A DNA stretch of 26,674 nt from Myxococcota bacterium. GTDB lineage: Bacteria; Myxococcota; UBA4151. This document shows, in pieces, positions 18,045 through 26,506 of the stretch. The DNA is taken from assembly GCA_040260805.1 (NCBI GenBank), contig JBDQPD010000042.1, forward strand, positions 1 through 26,674. Direction: 5' to 3'. Position numbers and translations under genes: made by a program. A model generated the notes under the pieces. That model did not search any database and had not been told where the DNA came from. It saw nothing but the letters and a program-made list of their open reading frames with translations. Positions within the stretch are counted from its first letter, which is position 1. Every line of letters starts with the position of its first letter.

Positions 18045-19181
18045 ATGATGCGTACTTTTTTACTGAGCTTTTTAGTCGCCTCGTCGGCTTTTGCGCACGG
18101 GGGGCAGCTGGCGGCAGAGGTCCTCTTTTATGAGGGCGACGATCTGCGCGCCGTGAGCTCAAACTTTGGCTTGTTGACCGCTACCGAGCGCGGGTTTGAG
18201 TGGAGCTGCTTTGACACGCTAACGAGCGTCCCGTTCACCGGGTTTTATCACGGCGAAAAGTGGTACGCTCAAACACGAGCCGGGCTCTTTGAGAGCCCTG
18301 ATAAGGGCTGCAGTTGGGCGGCCGTGGGAGGGTCGCTCGCTGGGCAGCCGGTGGCGACTCTTCGTGTCGATGAGCAAGGTTTGGTGGCGAGCGCTCAGCG
18401 ACTCCCGGGGCTCGGTCAGTTGCACCGTTTAGGCGAGGCAGGTTTTGCCCCATGGGGTCAGCCGCTCCCCCAAGGTGAGTTGGTCGACTTTAAAGTACGT
18501 CGAGTCGACGGCGCTGTTTTTGCGCTGATTCATGATGATGGACAGGACCCGGCGGTCTGGTTTGTGGATTCTGAGTTAGGTGAATGGTCGTTGGTGGCGA
18601 GCTTAGAAGGGCTCGCAGTGCCGCGCTTTATCGACCTGGAGCTCGGTGACGATCAGCTCGTCGTCGCTGTTTTTCGTGGCGCCGCTGGAGAGCTATGGGC
18701 GATCGATAACCAAAACCAACTGACGCGCCGAGCGCAGCTGCCGACACCGATCCTTGAAGGGCGCAGCAGCGGCGATGAGCATTGGGTGATCACCCTGACT
18801 GGTGTGCCACTCAAAGCCACGGGGAACGGACCCTTTTTACCCGCCGAGGGACCTGAGCACTGCTTGGCTTCAAAGACCGAGCAGATGGTAGCTTGTGGGG
18901 ATATCGACGATGGGCACCTGGTCCTGGCGCGCGTGCCCGGTGGGTTTGAGACCGAATATCCGTTCTCAACGATCGTGGGTCCTGCCTGCCCTGAAGCCGA
19001 ATGCAATGAGCGCTGGGCTCAGATCGAATCCAGCCTAAACCCACAGCCTGATGCCGGCTTGGTGGTGGACGCTGGACCACCGGTCGAGCCGTCGAGCGGC
19101 TGTGGCTGTTTGAGTGGTTCGACAGCCTCGCTCGGGTGGTGCATTTTGCTCCTCGGGCTGCGGAGGCGCCAGCGATGTTAG
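18045..19181 (+). CDS. Secreted beta-propeller-like protein with MYXO-CTERM-like C-terminal sorting tail
   Basis: Signal peptide ending AFA-H; Asp-box-like SPDKGCSW; C-terminus DAG...SSGCGC, a hydrophobic stretch, then RRRQR. Confidence 0.7.
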   Translation: MMRTFLLSFLVASSAFAHGGQLAAEVLFYEGDDLRAVSSNFGLLTATERGFEWSCFDTLTSVPFTGFYHGEKWYAQTRAGLFESPDKGCSWAAVGGSLAGQPVATLRVDEQGLVASAQRLPGLGQLHRLGEAGFAPWGQPLPQGELVDFKVRRVDGAVFALIHDDGQDPAVWFVDSELGEWSLVASLEGLAVPRFIDLELGDDQLVVAVFRGAAGELWAIDNQNQLTRRAQLPTPILEGRSSGDEHWVITLTGVPLKATGNGPFLPAEGPEHCLASKTEQMVACGDIDDGHLVLARVPGGFETEYPFSTIVGPACPEAECNERWAQIESSLNPQPDAGLVVDAGPPVEPSSGCGCLSGSTASLGWCILLLGLRRRQRC

Positions 19182-20236
19182 AGGGCGTTCGAGTCGTTGA
19201 TTTGTCGCGCTTGTTACCGGGTCCGATGGCGAGCTGGTATCTGCGCGGTATGGGCGCTGAGGTGATCAAGGTCGAGGACCCTAGAGTCGGCGACTACTTG
19301 CGCTTTTCGCCGCCCTTTCGAAGGGACGGCTCGTCCGCTTGGTTCGCCGCGCTCAATGCGGGCAAGCGAAGCATCGCGCTTGATCTAAAGGACCCGAACG
19401 CTCAAGCGCAGCTGCTCGATCTGCTCGGGACCGCCGATGTTTTGATTGAGAGCTTTCGACCGGGTGTTTTGGCTCGTTTGGGATTGGACCCCAAAGCCTT
19501 GCGCATCACGCACCCTCGCCTGGTCATCGTGTCCATCTCAGGCTTCGGTCAGACGGGCTCTCGAGCTGCCGACCCTGGCCATGATCTGGGTTACTGTGGT
19601 CTTGCGGGTTCGCTGAGTTTGAGCGCTCGTCACGACCAGGTTCCGAGCCTGCCCGGGCTACCTGTTGCGGATATGGCTGGCGGCGCGCTGACCGCTGCGC
19701 TGACCGTTTGCGCTGCTTTGTTCGCTCGCGAGCGCAGCGGCGCAGGGCGTTGGGTTGATGTGAGCATGACCGAAGGGGTCTTGGCGATGATGACCCCTTA
19801 CTTGGCAGCGACGGCAGCCGGACATCGGCCGGCACCGGGCGCCGATCTTTTGACCGGCGGATGGGCTCGTTACGGGATCCATCGCTGCAAAGATGGCGGC
19901 TTGATTGCGCTTGCTGCGATCGAGGACCAATTTTGGAATCAGCTGCCCGAACTCTTGGGTCATCCGGTGCCTGAAGACAAAGCCCAGCTCAGTGAGCTCT
20001 TCGCCCGTCGAACCCGAGACGAATGGTCCGAGCTGCTGGCGCCTGCCTGCGTCACGCCGATCCTTGAGCTCGAAGAGGTGCTACGCTCAAGTCTGCATCA
20101 CGAACGTGGCGCATGGAGAGGCTCCGCTGAAGATCAGCGGGTCTCACCGGCGTTCTTTTCAGATCGGGACTTTGTCACGCTGCCAGCACCCGAGCTTGGC
20201 GAGGCGAACAGCGAGCTGCTCACCTCAAACACCTAG
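19175..20236 (+). CDS. CaiB/BaiF family III CoA-transferase, alpha-methylacyl-CoA racemase-like
   Basis: MLEGVRVVDLSRLLPGP, NAGKRSIALDLK, ADVLIESFRPGV, GHDLGY and ADMAGG; GGAGG precedes the ATG at 19175. Confidence 0.88.
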   Translation: MLEGVRVVDLSRLLPGPMASWYLRGMGAEVIKVEDPRVGDYLRFSPPFRRDGSSAWFAALNAGKRSIALDLKDPNAQAQLLDLLGTADVLIESFRPGVLARLGLDPKALRITHPRLVIVSISGFGQTGSRAADPGHDLGYCGLAGSLSLSARHDQVPSLPGLPVADMAGGALTAALTVCAALFARERSGAGRWVDVSMTEGVLAMMTPYLAATAAGHRPAPGADLLTGGWARYGIHRCKDGGLIALAAIEDQFWNQLPELLGHPVPEDKAQLSELFARRTRDEWSELLAPACVTPILELEEVLRSSLHHERGAWRGSAEDQRVSPAFFSDRDFVTLPAPELGEANSELLTSNT

Positions 20237-20239
20237 CGT

Positions 20240-21019
20240 CTAGTCTGCCGCCGATGGTAAAGCCTCGCCCTGGCGACGACCTTGGCGGATCTTTAACACA
20301 TCGATCGCTTTGGCTAGTCGATAGGCGACATCGCTCACCTTTTCGGGGGTATCGATAATGTCTTGGCGGATCTCAAGCTCAAGGTAGATCACGCCGTGCC
20401 GACAGCCATGCAATCCAGCCGAGTAGATGGCGCCGTCTTTGCCTGAGTAAGGCTCGTTGAGCGCCGTGACGAAGCCGTTCTCGCGCAGGTGATGGGCGAA
20501 GCGATGAGCCACCGGATCGAACCGGTCATACAGCACACCCATCTCCATCGGGCGGATCTCATCGCCGAGAACTGGAGTGAACGAATGAATGCTCAGCAGC
20601 AACACATCACCGCCGTGCGCTAACCGCTCGCTCAGGCAGGCGTCGATCTCAGCGTGATAGGGCTCGTGATAAGTGGCTCGCCGCCGAGACCGCTCCTCGT
20701 CATCTAGATCCTGATTGAAGCTCAGGGGATAGCCTTCGACTTCAGGTCGGATCCAATCCCATTCGGCGACATGCCGATTCGGATCGCAAACGAGACGTGA
20801 AAATCGTGAAAAAATACCGGCACACTCTTTGTGTTCGATCAGCGCTCGAGTCACCGCGCCAGCGCCTGGGTCCCAGCCCCAGTGGGTTTCCAGCCAAGGC
20901 AAATCTTCTGCCGTCGCTTTAATTTCGTCTGGAAGTCGGTTGGAGGCGTGTTCGCAAGTGACGACTAAAGGCCGAGTGTGGTTGCGGTCACCAACGATTT
21001 CAAAAGCGGTATGTTCCAC
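20240..21019 (-). CDS. N-formylglutamate amidohydrolase family protein
   Basis: TCEHASN, HWGWDPGA, SRLVCDPNR, SIHSFTP, NEPYSG and ELEIRQD; AGGAG precedes the GTG. Confidence 0.88.
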   Translation of the reverse strand: MEHTAFEIVGDRNHTRPLVVTCEHASNRLPDEIKATAEDLPWLETHWGWDPGAGAVTRALIEHKECAGIFSRFSRLVCDPNRHVAEWDWIRPEVEGYPLSFNQDLDDEERSRRRATYHEPYHAEIDACLSERLAHGGDVLLLSIHSFTPVLGDEIRPMEMGVLYDRFDPVAHRFAHHLRENGFVTALNEPYSGKDGAIYSAGLHGCRHGVIYLELEIRQDIIDTPEKVSDVAYRLAKAIDVLKIRQGRRQGEALPSAAD

Positions 21020-21082
21020 GCAAGCTCCTCTGTGAACCGGCTCCTAAGATGAACGGGATGTCTTTGGCAAACCCGCGAAGAT

Positions 21083-22039
21083 TTATACCGCTTCGGGATA
21101 GGGGCTATAAAACTGCGCATACCAACGCCTTAGCTTCATAATCGGACCATCATCGGCGCACAGCATCGGCAGCTCGCGGAAGGTTTTGTTCTCCCAAATT
21201 TCAACATCCTCAAGGAAGCCTTGGGTCAGGTTTTCAATATACTTTGCAGCGATCTTCGCAGTTCTTTCCTCGTTGCCAAGGGGTTTGAGCGAGACCCCAA
21301 AACGAAGATCAAGAGTGTGCTCGTCAACCATCGTGTGCGCATTGACCAAGAGCGAATGCAGGACGCCGCGCATGTCCGAGATTTGCACGCCCGGGCCGTA
21401 GTAGGTTGCCTCGAGCTCGAACTCGTCTTTGCCGCCGCCCCGAGGGTAGGCGGTGCCTTGATTGATCTGAATTGCTTTATGGTCTTCGAAGCGGTTTTCA
21501 AAGCGTCCGACATGGGTGCCATGAATGTACTTGAAATGAGCGATATCAACCACGTTTTCAACGATCTCTCTGCTGTGGGTGTTGATCCGTAAAATATGGT
21601 GCTGCCAGGGTAACCACTCCCCATCCCCTACCGGCAGCTCCGGAACATCAAACTCAGGTCCGCCACCCTCGGGGTGATGCCACAGGTAGATCAGCCCGCC
21701 TTGCTCGCGCACCGTCCAAGGTTCGAGTCGAGCCTTCCGTGGGATGCGTTTCTCCGTGTAAGGAATCTCGATGCACTGACCGCTCTGATCAAAAAGCCAG
21801 TGGTGGAAGGGACAGCGAATACAGCTTCCTTCCACTTGACCGCCGGCGCCTAGATGGGCGCCTAGGTGAGGGCAGTAGCCGTCTTTGACTTGAAGGGTCC
21901 CGTGGTCATCGCGAAAGGCGACGAGCGCTTTACCAAAGTATTGGTGCTTCTTGACGGTTCCAGGTGTGTATTCGTCGGAAAAACCGATCACAAACCAGCC
22001 CTTAGGATAGCCTTCAAAGCGCGGTAAACCCGACTCCAT
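21083..22039 (-). CDS. Rieske [2Fe-2S] mononuclear-iron oxygenase, KshA (3-ketosteroid 9-alpha-hydroxylase) / Neverland-like
   Basis: YPKGWF; Rieske CPHLG...CPFH; iron site ENVVDIAHFKYIH; C-terminal DVEIWENK...LCADDGPIMKLRRWYAQFY. Start placed at ATG 22039 after AAGGGGA. Confidence 0.85.
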   Translation of the reverse strand: MESGLPRFEGYPKGWFVIGFSDEYTPGTVKKHQYFGKALVAFRDDHGTLQVKDGYCPHLGAHLGAGGQVEGSCIRCPFHHWLFDQSGQCIEIPYTEKRIPRKARLEPWTVREQGGLIYLWHHPEGGGPEFDVPELPVGDGEWLPWQHHILRINTHSREIVENVVDIAHFKYIHGTHVGRFENRFEDHKAIQINQGTAYPRGGGKDEFELEATYYGPGVQISDMRGVLHSLLVNAHTMVDEHTLDLRFGVSLKPLGNEERTAKIAAKYIENLTQGFLEDVEIWENKTFRELPMLCADDGPIMKLRRWYAQFYSPYPEAV

Positions 22040-22063
22040 ACGATCCCCTTTTGCCGGCCCAAC

Positions 22064-22077
22064 TAGAACATGTTTCA
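22064..22077. promoter_or_regulatory. TAGAACATGTTTCA, second putative KstR-like operator
   Basis: Fits TnnAACnnGTTnnA; 25 bp upstream of the Rieske gene start, in the divergent region shared with murB. Confidence 0.65.
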
Positions 22078-22137
22078 TTCGGACTGTGCAAGGCGCTGCT
22101 AGGCAACCTCGAAGCCAGCAGGTAGAGGCGCATCACC

Positions 22138-23226
22138 ATGGCCATCCGTATCGACCACGACCGCTTATTGGCGCCGCTCACGACCTTGCAGGTGGGCGGT
22201 CCTGCGGACCACCTCGTGCGAGCTCAGAGCCAGAGTCAGGTCGTCGAAGCGATTTGGCATGCTCAGCGCGAGGGACTCGAGCTCACCATCTTAGGCGGTG
22301 GCTCCAACAGCCTGGTTGCGGATCAGGGGGTCTCGGGCTTGGTCTTGCAACCGGCTCTATTGGGTCGCGACGTGACCCGGGACGGTGATCTCGTCGTCGT
22401 TGAGGTTGGGGCTGGTGTCCTTTGGGATGACCTCGTGGCTTGGTCGGTCGCTGAGGGCTTATGCGGTCTTGAAGCGCTCAGCGGGATCCCGGGCTGGGTT
22501 GGCGCCGCGCCGATGCAGAACATCGGCGCTTATGGGCAAGAGGTGGCCAGCGTCGTCGACGCCGTTCAGGTCGTGAGTCGGCAGCCAGGTGCCTCCAAGT
22601 GGCTGCCCGCCGAGCAGCTTGGGTTTGCGTACCGGATGAGCTCATTTAAGGGGGTTTGGCGGGATCGCTTTGTGATCACAGCGGTTCGCTTTCGTTTGCG
22701 TCGTGGTCGGCCTACAGAACCCAAATATGCAGAGCTGGCTAAAGCGCTTGGTGGTCAAGTCGACCATCCCGAGCAGGTTCGCCAGGCGGTTCTGGAGCTG
22801 CGTCGAGGAAAGTCCATGGTCATCGATGATCAGGACCCCAACCACCGCAGCGCCGGGTCATTTTTTCTGAACCCAATCCTAAGCCCTACCGAATTTGAGA
22901 TGCTTCGTGCTCGGGTCACCCAGGCCAGCCTTGATTCGAATTCAATTCCGAATTGGTTAGACGCCAAAGGGGTCAAAGTGCCTGCGGCTTGGTTGATGGA
23001 GCGGGCCGGATTGACCAAGGGGTTTCGTCTAGGCGCCGCTGAGTTGTCGACGAAGCACTGCCTTGCGTTGATCAACCCAGGCTCGGCTCGGGCTTGTGAC
23101 CTGCTTGCGCTGGCGGCGTTCGCGCGGCGTCAAGTCGCCGAGGTCTTTGGGGTGCGCTTGGTCCCTGAGCCGGTCTTCGTGGGCTTTTCGCAAGGGGTGG
23201 ACGCCTTGCTGCGAGCGAGCGAATGA
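22138..23226 (+). CDS. murB: UDP-N-acetylenolpyruvoylglucosamine reductase
   Basis: TTLQVGGPA, LGGGSN, GLEALSGIPG.VGAAPMQNIGAYG, FAYRMS, SAGSFFLNP, KHCLALIN and LVPEP. Confidence 0.96.
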   Translation: MAIRIDHDRLLAPLTTLQVGGPADHLVRAQSQSQVVEAIWHAQREGLELTILGGGSNSLVADQGVSGLVLQPALLGRDVTRDGDLVVVEVGAGVLWDDLVAWSVAEGLCGLEALSGIPGWVGAAPMQNIGAYGQEVASVVDAVQVVSRQPGASKWLPAEQLGFAYRMSSFKGVWRDRFVITAVRFRLRRGRPTEPKYAELAKALGGQVDHPEQVRQAVLELRRGKSMVIDDQDPNHRSAGSFFLNPILSPTEFEMLRARVTQASLDSNSIPNWLDAKGVKVPAAWLMERAGLTKGFRLGAAELSTKHCLALINPGSARACDLLALAAFARRQVAEVFGVRLVPEPVFVGFSQGVDALLRASE

Positions 23227-23273
23227 ATAGGACAGCCCCGATCGAGGTCAAAGGGTCAATGACCTGAGGAGAG

Positions 23274-23873
23274 ATGATGCGCTGTATCACTGGTTTGCTC
23301 ACCTTAGCGCTATGCGTTCCCACCGCAGCTCAGGCAGGGCGTTACAAAAATTATTCAAGCGGCGGGTCGGCCCCCTCGACGAGCCAAAACGCGTTCTTAG
23401 CGCCGAGCCCGTACAGTCGCGGCGGCCGCGCAAAGACGCGCCTGAGTTTCACCACCTCGCCTCTTTGGGCTTTGGTCGGTTTGGCGAAGATTAAGGGTGA
23501 GGTCCGTGTGCTCGATCGTGTGAGCTTCGCGGTCCAAGCAGCGGGCGGATACTCGGTGCCTCACGCACAGCCAACGGCTGGTGTTGGGGCGCAGCTCGCG
23601 GTCTATATGTCGGGTAATTTTGATCGGGGTTGGTCGCTTGGTGGGAACTGGATGCAGTTTGGATCGATGCTGAAACCAAGCGAGCTGATCGGCAGCCCTT
23701 GGGAGCGTTTTGAGGGCGCTTACTTGGGATGGAAATCCACAGCAGCAAACCGTAACGTTCTTGAGCTTCAGTTGGGCGCCCAGCGTTGGAGCCGGTCGGA
23801 CAATTCCCCGCTCGAAACCGAAGCCGTTGAGATCCTCCCGACCTTTGGTTTAAACTACGGCTGGGCTTGGTAG
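23274..23873 (+). CDS. Secreted hypothetical protein, probable small outer-membrane beta-barrel
   Basis: AQA signal peptide, amphipathic Gly/aromatic strands, and a C-terminal GLNYGWAW ending in an aromatic residue; GAGGAG upstream. Confidence 0.6.
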   Translation: MMRCITGLLTLALCVPTAAQAGRYKNYSSGGSAPSTSQNAFLAPSPYSRGGRAKTRLSFTTSPLWALVGLAKIKGEVRVLDRVSFAVQAAGGYSVPHAQPTAGVGAQLAVYMSGNFDRGWSLGGNWMQFGSMLKPSELIGSPWERFEGAYLGWKSTAANRNVLELQLGAQRWSRSDNSPLETEAVEILPTFGLNYGWAW

Positions 23874-23971
23874 CGAGAAGGGATCGAAACCCGTTTGGGG
23901 TTGGCGCTGGGTGTCATCGACTCGACAGCGCTCAGCGCCTGGTTCATTACTAGGGTCCAAAGGGGAACCAT

Positions 23972-25090
23972 TTGCGGTCTTTCTTAGCGATCACGATCAG
24001 CCTGCTCGGGTGCAGCCCTGCGCCTCCCGTTCCAGACGGGTCGAGTCGTCGCGACGCTGGACCCGTGGCTGACGCCCAAACGCCGGCGGCTGACGTCGCC
24101 GCAGGCGTTGACGCGTCGTGGCAGCCGGACATGGGTTCTAAAGTCGACGCAGGGCGAGTTGATCACTGCGAAGACTGGGTGGACCGCTTACAGCTCGATG
24201 AGCAGATGATGGCGAACCCAGGTTTCGGCCGGCGTCGACTCGAGCGACCGATCGTTTTGCATCATGGGATGGCCGGCTTTCGTGACCTTGGCCCGCTCGA
24301 ATACTTTTCATCCGTTCCCGAGCATTTGCGAGGTATGGGTTATGAGCTGTACTTGACCCAAGTCCTGCCGATTCATGGCAGCGCCATGCGCGCCGAAGAG
24401 CTCGAGCAGCAGCTCCGCTGCATCAACCACATCGCCGGCTCAGATGGCGTGCATGTGATCGGGCATTCACAAGGAGGAATCGACGCTCGGATGGTCGCCT
24501 CAAGACAAGGTGATGAGCGCTTGATTCATACGCTCACGTTCCTGGCTACCCCCAACCGAGGAAGCGCCGCCGCCGATGCGTTCTTAGCGCTCCCGCTCGC
24601 AGGGCGAGGTCCGCTCACTCAAGCCTTGATGCTGATCTATTCTGGATTGGCGGGGCGCCCAGATGCTGAAGCTAATTTGAACCAACAGATGCAAGAGCTC
24701 TCGCGTGAGTACATGGAAGCCTTCAATCGAGAGACGCCGGACCACCCCGACGTTCGCTACCGCTCATGGGCTGGTCGCAGCGTCCCCAACCGGCTGGTCC
24801 GTGACCTCGCATCTGAGGCTTGTGACTCGGGTGTTCACGCCAACCCCGATGGGCGTGATCTGGTGGACCCTCTTTTTCGGTTGCTGCAGCCGACGGTCAC
24901 GCGAGAACAGGGTCCCAACGATGGGTTGGTCGCCGTGAGCAGCGCGAAGTGGGGTACTTTTATGGGCTGTGTGCCCGCCGATCATCTGGACGAGGTCGGG
25001 ATGCTCGGTGACCGAGCACCTCAGCGCTTTTCCGGATTTAATTATCTCGAACTCTTTGAGACCATCGCTGAAGATTTGATGAACCCTTGA
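23972..25090 (+). CDS. Lipoprotein triacylglycerol lipase/esterase (alpha/beta hydrolase)
   Basis: Lipobox LLGC; oxyanion PIVLHHG; nucleophile GHSQGG; TPNRGS, NDGLV and DHLDEVG. TTG start after AGGGGA. Confidence 0.87.
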   Translation: MRSFLAITISLLGCSPAPPVPDGSSRRDAGPVADAQTPAADVAAGVDASWQPDMGSKVDAGRVDHCEDWVDRLQLDEQMMANPGFGRRRLERPIVLHHGMAGFRDLGPLEYFSSVPEHLRGMGYELYLTQVLPIHGSAMRAEELEQQLRCINHIAGSDGVHVIGHSQGGIDARMVASRQGDERLIHTLTFLATPNRGSAAADAFLALPLAGRGPLTQALMLIYSGLAGRPDAEANLNQQMQELSREYMEAFNRETPDHPDVRYRSWAGRSVPNRLVRDLASEACDSGVHANPDGRDLVDPLFRLLQPTVTREQGPNDGLVAVSSAKWGTFMGCVPADHLDEVGMLGDRAPQRFSGFNYLELFETIAEDLMNP

Positions 25091-25133
25091 GCCCGAGCGC
25101 GATCGTCGGTATCCGCCTGGCTGCGGAGGCGAG

Positions 25134-26456
25134 ATGCGCAGAGCGATTCTAGTGTTGCTGTTCAGTGCCTGCGTCAGCGATGGGCCTGCGGCTCGACGTG
25201 GCGTAATCGGTGTTGAGACGGCGAGTCGGCGTGATCAGCTGATGCTGGCGCGTGCGCTTGAAGAAGCCTCGAGTCGGGCCGCCATGGCGTTCGCTGATCG
25301 TGTTCAGGGCCGCAGCATCACGCTGGGTGTTCAAGACGGCGCGAAGGCTGGCGCCTCGCTCCTCGCCAACCTCTTAGAGCGAGACCTGCTGCGCGGCGGC
25401 GCAGCGGAGGTTAAGCGCTCAAAAGGCGGCGCGATTCAGCTGCGTATCTTGCTCAAGGCTCATGGCTTAGAAGAAGCTCCAGTCAGCGACGGTGTGGAGA
25501 TCACGGCCTTCGTTGATGCTGACTTGCGGTTGATCGATGGACGCGGGCGAGCGCTTCAGGATCTTAAACTGCGTGTCCAAAAGGTTGAGCGAGTAGACTC
25601 CCGGGGTTTTCGGACCAAGGTCGAAGGCGCCGCTCAGCGTCCAGCGGCTACCAAGAAGCGCAAACGGGCATCGAAACCCGTTGTCGAGTTGGATGCGGGC
25701 GAGACCCGGCGCGAGCGCAAACGTCGCGCCAAACAAGAAGAGACTCGAGCGCGCAAAGCCGCTGAGCGCAAAGCGCGCAAGGAAGAGGAGCGCCGTCGTC
25801 GATTGAAAGAAGCTGAGGCTCGCGCTGAAGCCGAGCGGCGCGCCGAAGCGGAGCGTCGACGGGCAAAGATGCAGCGCCAGCTCCGCGATAATGAAGCTCA
25901 AGGCGCTGAGCGCCGCAGCGCTGATCGTGAGGCGAAGCGTCGTCGCGCAGATGATCAATATGAAGAAGAGCGTAAGCGCCGCAGGGCTGAGCCCGAAGTC
26001 AAAGCTGTGGTCCCTCGTCCGCAGCTCGACCACGCCACCCATTGCGCGGTGGATGAGCAGATCCTCTTCTCATGCAAGGTGCGCGGCGCTCAAATCGTCT
26101 CGATCTGCGGTAGTCCAGACTTAGCCCGTCGTCGCGGTTGGCTTCAGTACCGTTTTGGGAAAGCCAAGAACGTGGTTCGAACTTATCCTGAAGACCGCGA
26201 CGCATCCCGGGCATCTTTTACTTACGCTCAAGAGCAGAGCGGTGAGTCGCTTGGCGTCCAGCGCGTCTATTGGACACAAGACGATCGGCGCTATGAAGCC
26301 TGGGTCAAGCAAGTCGATCCCTTTGCCGAAGAAGACGCCGCCGCTGCTGGCTTCAAATTGTTTAAGAATGGCAAGCCTCACCGCGACTGGAAATGCGTGA
26401 GTGAGTACGTTGAAGATCTTCGCAGTTTAGATGGCGTTGTTCTCGATCCGGAATAG
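25134..26456 (+). CDS. Hypothetical lipoprotein with a long E/R/K/A-rich helical linker and a Cys-containing C-terminal domain
   Basis: Lipobox FSAC; highly charged segment (RRERKRRAKQEETRARKAAERKARKEEERRRR...); C-terminal CAVDEQILFSCKV...VSICGS...LQYRFGK; GGAGG upstream. Confidence 0.75.
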   Translation: MRRAILVLLFSACVSDGPAARRGVIGVETASRRDQLMLARALEEASSRAAMAFADRVQGRSITLGVQDGAKAGASLLANLLERDLLRGGAAEVKRSKGGAIQLRILLKAHGLEEAPVSDGVEITAFVDADLRLIDGRGRALQDLKLRVQKVERVDSRGFRTKVEGAAQRPAATKKRKRASKPVVELDAGETRRERKRRAKQEETRARKAAERKARKEEERRRRLKEAEARAEAERRAEAERRRAKMQRQLRDNEAQGAERRSADREAKRRRADDQYEEERKRRRAEPEVKAVVPRPQLDHATHCAVDEQILFSCKVRGAQIVSICGSPDLARRRGWLQYRFGKAKNVVRTYPEDRDASRASFTYAQEQSGESLGVQRVYWTQDDRRYEAWVKQVDPFAEEDAAAAGFKLFKNGKPHRDWKCVSEYVEDLRSLDGVVLDPE

Positions 26457-26506
26457 CGCAGCGCGGTGAGCTGACTCGGGGTTCGAATGCGACCTCAGAA
26501 CCCTAG

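Noticed and set aside
20240..21019. Histidine utilisation (hut) operon
   Set aside because: Only an isolated formylglutamate amidohydrolase-family gene is present; hutH, hutU, hutI and hutF are absent from the window.
22040..22078. Rieske gene start at 22078 as in the ORF track
   Set aside because: The ATG at 22039 has a good Shine-Dalgarno, and the extension would run through the putative operator.
23885..23898. CGAAACCCGTTTGG upstream of the lipase as a third KstR-like site
   Set aside because: It has the AACnnGTT core but lacks both terminal T and A; too weak without a position weight matrix.
25467..26042. 191-aa hydrophobic minus-strand ORF as a membrane protein
   Set aside because: It is the antisense image of the purine-rich E/R/K linker, which necessarily reads as Leu/Phe/Ser/Ala.
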